Below are positions 26,125-31,914 of a stretch of 31,914 nt of DNA, piece after piece; position 1 is the stretch's first letter; each line of letters starts with the position of its first letter. The notes under the pieces were generated by a model. It was not told where the DNA came from, did not search any database, and was given only the letters and a program-made list of their open reading frames with translations. A program made the translations under genes and the position numbers. The DNA lies in contig JBFMCE010000045.1 in the NCBI GenBank assembly GCA_040754655.1, positions 1-31,914 on the forward strand, written 5' to 3'. The stretch is from Bdellovibrionota bacterium (lineage in GTDB: Bacteria; Bdellovibrionota; UBA1018; UBA923).

Positions 26125-27047
26125 ACCTAAAGCCGCTTGCGCAAGATGCCGCTTGGAATACGCTTGCCCGACTGGCAGGCGCAATCCCTCAGGGCTTGAT
26201 ATTGATCGGTCCTGCAGGCGTCGGAAAACGCCGCGCCGTGCGCGCTTTGTACCAACTCATCCATTGCACCAAGCGCTCAGGGGACGAGCCCTGCGGAGAG
26301 TGCGTGTCTTGCCTGAAGATCGCCCAAAACAAGCACGCCGACTTTATTGAAATCGCCCCCCAAGGCGAGACCATCATCGTGGATGATCTGCGTGACATCA
26401 AGAAAAGCCTCTTTTTCGCCCCAATGGAAGGGAAATGGAGATTCATCGTCATCGACCAAGCCCATAAACTGAATGTCTCATCGGCGAACACTCTCTTGAA
26501 GACTCTTGAAGAACCACCCTCCCACACCCGCTTTTTTTTGATCACTCACGAAAGAGCGCTATTGCTTCCCACCATCATAAGCCGGTGCCAGTTCGTGCAC
26601 TTCTCGCCGTTGGACAATGAAACACTCACCAGGCTTGTCACGGAAATGGGCCTCTCGGTGCCCAATCACCTGCTCTCAATTTCAATGGATCTCCTGAATG
26701 GTGGCCTTGAAAAAGCTTCTTTCCTCGCGCAAGAGGCCACGATAGCCTTTCTTGATGAAGTCCTTCGAGAGCTTCATTCAAAGCCTACCCGGTGGGAGGA
26801 TGTGATTCGTTTCGCAGACACCTTGGGTTCGGAAGAATGGAAACTTCCGCTCTTTCTCGACATCCTTATTCGTCACGGCCATGAATGGGCAGTGGGAAGC
26901 GAAAACAGGGAGGAAGCCTGGCGTGTGGCCAACAACAGCCTAAAGGCCGCGTACTTAAAGAGAAGGCTTGAGCGCCATGCGAACAAGAAGCTAGTCGCAT
27001 TGGCCGCATCGGAACTTTCCACGCGCTTCCACCTTGGGCCTGAATAA
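26121..27047 (+). CDS. holB: DNA polymerase III subunit delta prime
   Basis: GPAGVGKR, zinc module C...CGECVSC, HADF, ANTLLKTLEEPP, LPTIISRCQ. Follows tmk. TTG start at 26121 overlaps the tmk TGA (TTGA). Confidence 0.9.
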   Translation: MNLKPLAQDAAWNTLARLAGAIPQGLILIGPAGVGKRRAVRALYQLIHCTKRSGDEPCGECVSCLKIAQNKHADFIEIAPQGETIIVDDLRDIKKSLFFAPMEGKWRFIVIDQAHKLNVSSANTLLKTLEEPPSHTRFFLITHERALLLPTIISRCQFVHFSPLDNETLTRLVTEMGLSVPNHLLSISMDLLNGGLEKASFLAQEATIAFLDEVLRELHSKPTRWEDVIRFADTLGSEEWKLPLFLDILIRHGHEWAVGSENREEAWRVANNSLKAAYLKRRLERHANKKLVALAASELSTRFHLGPE

Positions 27048-27061
27048 AGGAGAATATCCCG

Positions 27062-27856
27062 ATGTTGCAGGTTTCGAACGTATCGAAAAGATTCTTCACC
27101 CAACCCGTGCTCAACCGAATTAGTTTTGACGTCGAGCGCGGGCAATCGCTTGTCATCTTGGGGCAAAGCGGGGTCGGAAAATCGGTGTTGTTGAAGATAC
27201 TGGCGCAGCTTGTGGTGCCTGATGAAGGTTCGGTGCAGATTGAGAGCAGAAACCTGGGCATGCTCTTTCAAAAAAACGCCCTCTTTGACTCTTTGACCGT
27301 GGAAGAAAATCTTGAATTCCCTCTTCGAGAACGCACTGAACTGGATCGAAGGCTAAGATTAGAGCGCATCCGCAAGTTCCTCGATTGGGTGGGCTTAAGT
27401 GAAAGCAGGAGCCTTTATCCGGACGAGCTCTCCGGTGGCATGCAAAAACGCCTCGGCATAGCCAGAGCCCTCATCGTGGAACCTGAGGTCTTGTTCTATG
27501 ATGAACCCACGGCGGGCCTCGACCCGATCACCTCACGGATCATCGCGGACCTTATTTTAAGGCTAAAAAAAGAATTCGGAACTACGATCATTGTAGTCAC
27601 GAGCGATGTGATGAGGGCATACCAGCTCGCGGATCAGATCGGCATCCTCATGAAAAGCCCCGAAGGGGCTGTTTTTGTGCGCGCCGGATCGCCCGAACAG
27701 GCGCGCAACTCGGAAGATCCTGCGATACAGCAGTTCTTGCAAGGCCTCACGAAAGGCCCGCTGACCTCAGCCATGGAGCAAGAGTTGATCATGAATCTAC
27801 AGGCGCCGGAATCACCCGCCTGTTTTGTGGAGCGTTTGGATGTCGATTTCTTTTGA
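27062..27856 (+). CDS. mlaF: MlaF/Mkl-type ABC ATPase, copy 1 (H-loop His replaced by Ser)
   Basis: Walker A GQSGVGKS, Q-loop LFQKNALFDS, signature LSGGMQKR, Walker B FYDEPTAGLDP, switch VVTSD. SD AAGGAG. Confidence 0.88.
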   Translation: MLQVSNVSKRFFTQPVLNRISFDVERGQSLVILGQSGVGKSVLLKILAQLVVPDEGSVQIESRNLGMLFQKNALFDSLTVEENLEFPLRERTELDRRLRLERIRKFLDWVGLSESRSLYPDELSGGMQKRLGIARALIVEPEVLFYDEPTAGLDPITSRIIADLILRLKKEFGTTIIVVTSDVMRAYQLADQIGILMKSPEGAVFVRAGSPEQARNSEDPAIQQFLQGLTKGPLTSAMEQELIMNLQAPESPACFVERLDVDFF

Positions 27857-28562
27857 GAGCATTTCAAAGGCCTTCGGTCAAAAACAAGTGCTTGATCAAG
27901 TCTCTTTCAAGGTGAATACGGGTGAAATCCTGTTCATCTTAGGCAAGTCAGGCATGGGAAAATCCGTCACGCTAAAGACGATCGTGGGGCTGCTCAAACC
28001 CGACGCCGGCGATGTCTCTATTGGCGAGATGTGCGTGACGCGGCTTGACGAGGAAGGGCTTTCAGAAGCCAGAAAGCTTTGTGGGATGGTTTTTCAGCAT
28101 CCTGCGCTGCTGGATTCTCTGACGGTCTACGAGAACGTGGCTTTTGGCTTGAGAACGCTCTCACCCGCTCAAGCGCGAGAACGCGTGATTGAATGCTTAA
28201 AGCTTGTTCACCTCGACGAGTCTTGCCTGAACCGCAAGCCCCCTGAGATCAGCTATGGGATGCAAAAACGCGTAAGCCTTGCGCGCACGCTCGCACCTTC
28301 CCCGCGTTACCTGCTGTTTGACGAACCTACCACCGGCTTAGACCCGATCACGACGAACGCGATCAATGAACTTATCTTTGAGCTCTCAAGAAAGCTCAAG
28401 GTAACCAGCGTCGTGGTGAGCCACGACATGGGATGCGCCGTGCGGATCGCTGATCGAATTTTGGTCTTGGATAACGCAAGAATACTTGCCATGGGAAGCG
28501 TAGACGAGATCAAAGAGAATAAGGCGCAGCTCATCCAAGACTTTCTTAAGGAGGCCATCTGA
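27840..28562 (+). CDS. mlaF: MlaF/Mkl-type ABC ATPase, copy 2 (degenerate signature ISYGM)
   Basis: Walker A GKSGMGKS, VFQHPALLDS, signature ISYGMQKR, Walker B LFDEPTTGLDP, switch VVSHD. ATG at 27840 with SD GGAG. Confidence 0.88.
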   Translation: MSISFESISKAFGQKQVLDQVSFKVNTGEILFILGKSGMGKSVTLKTIVGLLKPDAGDVSIGEMCVTRLDEEGLSEARKLCGMVFQHPALLDSLTVYENVAFGLRTLSPAQARERVIECLKLVHLDESCLNRKPPEISYGMQKRVSLARTLAPSPRYLLFDEPTTGLDPITTNAINELIFELSRKLKVTSVVVSHDMGCAVRIADRILVLDNARILAMGSVDEIKENKAQLIQDFLKEAI

Positions 28563-28564
28563 CC

Positions 28565-29356
28565 ATGGGCTTCTTGAAGAACTTTCTGCATGAGCTCGGA
28601 GGAATGTACCTCTTTTCAAACGAAGTGAAGAAGACTTGGCTGTGCAATCTCAAGACAGACATGCCTCTTGTGCTGGAGCAGGTCAGCTCAGTGGGACTTC
28701 GCACGCTATCGACCGTTTGTTTTGCTGGTTTTTTTGTCGGCGCGATCCTGGTCATTCAGTTTCAGCTGATGCTCTCTCAGTATGACGCAACCGCGTTTCT
28801 TGGCGGTTTGAACACCTCGGCCTGCATCCGAGAAGTGGGGCCTTTGATCATCTCGTTTCTTCTGGCTGGAAAAGTGGGCGCCTTCACCGCGGCGGAACTG
28901 GGCACAATGCGAGTGACCGAGCAAATCGACGCCATTCGCTGCCTAGGCACCAATCCGATCCAATACTTGGTTGTTCCCCGTTATATTGCGATTGTCTTGT
29001 CATCGCTGCTCTTATTGGTCTTCGGGCTTCTCGTGGGCATCGTCGGCGCTATGCTTGTCGCAGGTTGGCTCTACAACATCAACTCGCTTCAATACCTCTC
29101 GAGCGTACCCCGCTTTACCGACGGGTGGACTGTTTTTTGCGGGGTTTTTAAGTCTGCGGTTTATGGCATCATTGTCGCGACGGTGAGCACTTACAAAGGG
29201 TATAACGCCTCAGGAGGAGCCAAAGGAGTCGGGCGCGCGGTCACTCAATGCGCCATCTACACGAACCTCTTCATCGTGTTCGCGAACACTTGGACCTCTA
29301 TCTTGCTTGACGCCGCACATGGGTTCTTCAAGACCTTGTGGGGAGGGCAATTCTAG
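28565..29356 (+). CDS. mlaE: MlaE/YrbE family ABC permease, copy 1
   Basis: REVGPLI...AGKVGAFTAAELGTMRVTEQIDA, YLVVPR, GGAKGVGRAVT. Confidence 0.92.
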   Translation: MGFLKNFLHELGGMYLFSNEVKKTWLCNLKTDMPLVLEQVSSVGLRTLSTVCFAGFFVGAILVIQFQLMLSQYDATAFLGGLNTSACIREVGPLIISFLLAGKVGAFTAAELGTMRVTEQIDAIRCLGTNPIQYLVVPRYIAIVLSSLLLLVFGLLVGIVGAMLVAGWLYNINSLQYLSSVPRFTDGWTVFCGVFKSAVYGIIVATVSTYKGYNASGGAKGVGRAVTQCAIYTNLFIVFANTWTSILLDAAHGFFKTLWGGQF

Positions 29357-30136
29357 ATGGTGCTTTATAACCTCATCCTAAGCCCCGCTCTTGGTTTCAT
29401 CATCGCTTGTCGAGATATCACGTTCATCCTCTCGCGCACCTTGGTCATTTGCCTTAAAGGCCCCTACCGCATCCGTGAAATCTTGCAGCACATGCACTCG
29501 ATCGGCGTAGGGTCTCTGCCCATCGTGGCTATCGCTACGGCATTCGCTGGAACCGTGGTCACCAGCGAAATCGCCTACCACATGGATGCTGCATTGAAGA
29601 CAGTCGAGATGATCCCGGGTTTTTCGGCCCAGTTTGTTTTTCGGGAACTTGGAATCGCGATTCCTGCCTTGCTTCTTGTCGCCAAGGTGGGCGCCTCGAC
29701 CACGGCGGAAGTGGGAACGATGAAGGTGACCGAGCAGATCGACGCCCTTAGGCTTTTGCAGATCGATCCGATTGAATATCTGGTTTTTCCCCGATTCGTC
29801 GCCAGTATCGTCATGGTCGCGGTCCTGACGGTGATTTCGATTGCGATCACGCTGACGTGCGCGATTTCCGTGGCGGTGCTGAAGTACAACTTTTCGACCC
29901 TTGAGTATTTAAATTCACTGACGCATTTCATTTCGTACCTTGACCTGATCTGTGCGGTGATCAAGGGAATGGTTTTTGGAGCGGTCATCCCGATCATCTC
30001 TTGTTTTTATGGATTCAACTGCACCGGAGGGGCGCAAGGCGTAGGGACGGCAACGACCAACTCGGTAGTCACCTCTACGATTATAGTGATCGTACTTGAT
30101 TTTATTCTAACATTTGCGTTTTCGCTGATTCTATAA
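29357..30136 (+). CDS. mlaE: MlaE/YrbE family ABC permease, copy 2
   Basis: RELGIAI...AKVGASTTAEVGTMKVTEQIDA, YLVFPR, GGAQGVGTATTNSVV. ATG directly abuts the TAG of copy 1. Confidence 0.92.
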   Translation: MVLYNLILSPALGFIIACRDITFILSRTLVICLKGPYRIREILQHMHSIGVGSLPIVAIATAFAGTVVTSEIAYHMDAALKTVEMIPGFSAQFVFRELGIAIPALLLVAKVGASTTAEVGTMKVTEQIDALRLLQIDPIEYLVFPRFVASIVMVAVLTVISIAITLTCAISVAVLKYNFSTLEYLNSLTHFISYLDLICAVIKGMVFGAVIPIISCFYGFNCTGGAQGVGTATTNSVVTSTIIVIVLDFILTFAFSLIL

Positions 30137-30153
30137 TATCCGACTGTAAAGCC

Positions 30154-30960
30154 ATGAAACTTTCGAACGAAGCCAAAGTAGGTCTACTTCTCTTCACAAC
30201 TTTGATCCTCACCGTAGTCTTTGCTTGGCTCATGGGAGCCACTAATCCCTTTAAACGTTCGGTCCACTTTTACGTGACTTACAATTTCGCAGGGGGCATT
30301 GAGGTGGGAAGCCCTGTGCGTGTAGCTGGCATCAAGGTCGGCAAGGTCGAAAAAATCAACTTCTTCGTGCCAGATCAAAGTTTTTCCACGCCAGACGCCA
30401 AGCCATCTGAAGTTCTCACCCCGCTTCGCCTGAAGGTTTCGATCAGCAAGGAAGCGGCTGAGGGCGTTCGAAAAGACAGCAAGTTTTTCATCAACCTCGC
30501 GGGCATCATCGGCGAGCGTTATATTGAAGTGACTCCCGGCACGTTTGAGTCGCCTAAACTCACGAACGGCGAAACTGTCAGGGGCATTGATCCGCCACGC
30601 ATCGATCAGCTCATCTCGCAGAGTTTTGATCTTGCTGGCAAGATCAAGGAAGTGATCGAAGAGAATGAAGGGGATATTACAAAGTCGATTCGGCTGCTTT
30701 ATCAGCTTTCAGCCAACGTCAATAAGACCCTCGAGCATATTGATCGCTCGAAGATGTTCAAGACCGATCTCGCGCAACTGATCAACAACCTGATTGAGAT
30801 CACTGGCGACGTGAAAGTCTTGACGGCAAAGAGCCAATCTGAAGAGGGCAAGAAGACGCTCGAGTTGCTCTACAAACTCTTGTGGCGTTTAGAGCCGATG
30901 GATCAAGACGCCGTACGCAAGTTCTTCCAAAAGGAAGGCATCCGAACAAGGTTGTTCTAG
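30154..30960 (+). CDS. mlaD: MlaD/MCE-domain protein with a C-terminal helical extension
   Basis: EAKVG + TM, MCE motif GIEVGSPVRVAGIKVGKVEKI, pore-loop GIIGERYIEVTPG, then about 120 aa of amphipathic helix. Confidence 0.9.
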   Translation: MKLSNEAKVGLLLFTTLILTVVFAWLMGATNPFKRSVHFYVTYNFAGGIEVGSPVRVAGIKVGKVEKINFFVPDQSFSTPDAKPSEVLTPLRLKVSISKEAAEGVRKDSKFFINLAGIIGERYIEVTPGTFESPKLTNGETVRGIDPPRIDQLISQSFDLAGKIKEVIEENEGDITKSIRLLYQLSANVNKTLEHIDRSKMFKTDLAQLINNLIEITGDVKVLTAKSQSEEGKKTLELLYKLLWRLEPMDQDAVRKFFQKEGIRTRLF

Positions 30961-30973
30961 GATCCTCATTTAC

Positions 30974-31912
30974 TCAAAATACGAGGTTCTTTCCGAGTGC
31001 TTCTTTAGCTGAGCCCAATTGGAAGAGCCTTTCGTCGTTTGACCAACCAAACTCTGAAGCACAAATGAGGGCAACCTCTTCCAAGAGATCGTTTGAAAGC
31101 GACTTCCCTTCCATCCACAGAGGAACCCTTCGAAACACAACGTCCTCGAGGGTGCAGGCGCAGTGGTGCGTAATCTTCCACTTGATCCATTCCTCAGTAA
31201 AGCGCCCCCACACGGGCTTGCCGGAGAGCCTCTTCTCATAATCCGCCGGCTCAGAGAGCACGGCCTTTGATTCAGGCTCGTCGGTCTTGGAATTCGGGAA
31301 AGCGAAATCCGCGATCTCCTGAGAGATCTTTCGAAACGTCGTGTATTTCCCGCCAGCCATGAAAACGACGCCAGCGGAATTCTTCCAAACCTCATGTTCG
31401 CGAGAAGTCTTTGCTTCGCTATGCTCGCCAGAGTCAAGCAGCGGGCGAACGCCTGCATAAGTCATCACGACATCTCTTGGTGAAAGCTTTCGTTCAGGAA
31501 AGTAAGCTTGCAAGACCTTGAAGAGATAGGCGACGTCTGAACGGTGTGCATGCAAGTTCTCGAGGTCCTCGTGAGCCGCCGCGGAGTCGGTCGTTCCGAT
31601 AATGACTTTTTCCGCCCCCTGGCCCAGATCTTTCCTAGGAATTGCGAATATGATTCTTCCATCGCCCGCATACATCACCAGACAGCGCTCAATAGGAAGC
31701 TTCTCCCACGGCAAGATCAGATGAACGCCCTTGCTCGGTTTAAGCTTGCGATTTGGCCCATCAATGACGTGGTCGCCAAAACGCTCGGTCCAAGGCCCGA
31801 CGCACACGATCACTTCTTTGGCGCGAACTCGAAACAAACGCTCGCTCTCAGCCCCGCCTTGCGGCCTGAGATAACCGGGAAGATTGTCTTTTAGCCTCAC
31901 CTCAAAGGTGCC
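30974..31912 (-). CDS. glpD: FAD-dependent glycerol-3-phosphate dehydrogenase, C-terminal part; gene starts beyond the window
   Basis: GPW, PSKGVHL, IGTTD, YAGVRPL, SREH, GGKYTTFR and TLEDVVFRR motifs. Frame is open to the window edge. Confidence 0.88.
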   Translation of the reverse strand, partial: GTFEVRLKDNLPGYLRPQGGAESERLFRVRAKEVIVCVGPWTERFGDHVIDGPNRKLKPSKGVHLILPWEKLPIERCLVMYAGDGRIIFAIPRKDLGQGAEKVIIGTTDSAAAHEDLENLHAHRSDVAYLFKVLQAYFPERKLSPRDVVMTYAGVRPLLDSGEHSEAKTSREHEVWKNSAGVVFMAGGKYTTFRKISQEIADFAFPNSKTDEPESKAVLSEPADYEKRLSGKPVWGRFTEEWIKWKITHHCACTLEDVVFRRVPLWMEGKSLSNDLLEEVALICASEFGWSNDERLFQLGSAKEALGKNLVF

Positions 31913-31914
31913 CT

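Noticed and set aside
1..31914. tRNA, rRNA, CRISPR arrays, prophage or defence genes
   Set aside because: None recognised. Intergenic gaps are short and accounted for, and no ORF shows integrase, nuclease or phage motifs.

Overview
A 31.9 kb window of roughly 50% GC, mostly core genome, from a Gram-negative bacterium. Gene content (hybrid MaeB, RpoH-box sigma factor, GYF_2 membrane protein, many secreted hypotheticals) suggests a Bdellovibrionota/deltaproteobacterial-type lineage; this is inference. Gene order: yicC(partial)-gmk-rel; an opposite-strand block of a 1512-aa lipoprotein, lepB and a secreted START-like protein; EI24/CysZ; DUF218; rpmB; ridA and maeB; an outer-membrane barrel and two secreted proteins; rpoH-like, rpsO, pnp and an M16 peptidase; an M14 deacylase; a probable sigma54-driven outer-membrane protein; a GYF protein; tmk-holB; an MCE/Mla-type ABC operon with two ATPases and two permeases; glpD (partial). 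I see no rRNA, tRNA, CRISPR array or transposase. Most notable: (1) the two tandem MlaF-like ATPases carry complementary defects (H-loop His to Ser in one, signature SGG to SYG in the other) that would fall in the same composite ATP site, predicting an asymmetric single-active-site MCE transporter; (2) a symmetric bidirectional promoter that would feed two (near-)leaderless mRNAs; (3) a ~200-nt structured RNA between rpsO and pnp; (4) a ~110-bp MITE-like element; (5) an internally repeated giant lipoprotein co-oriented with lepB.
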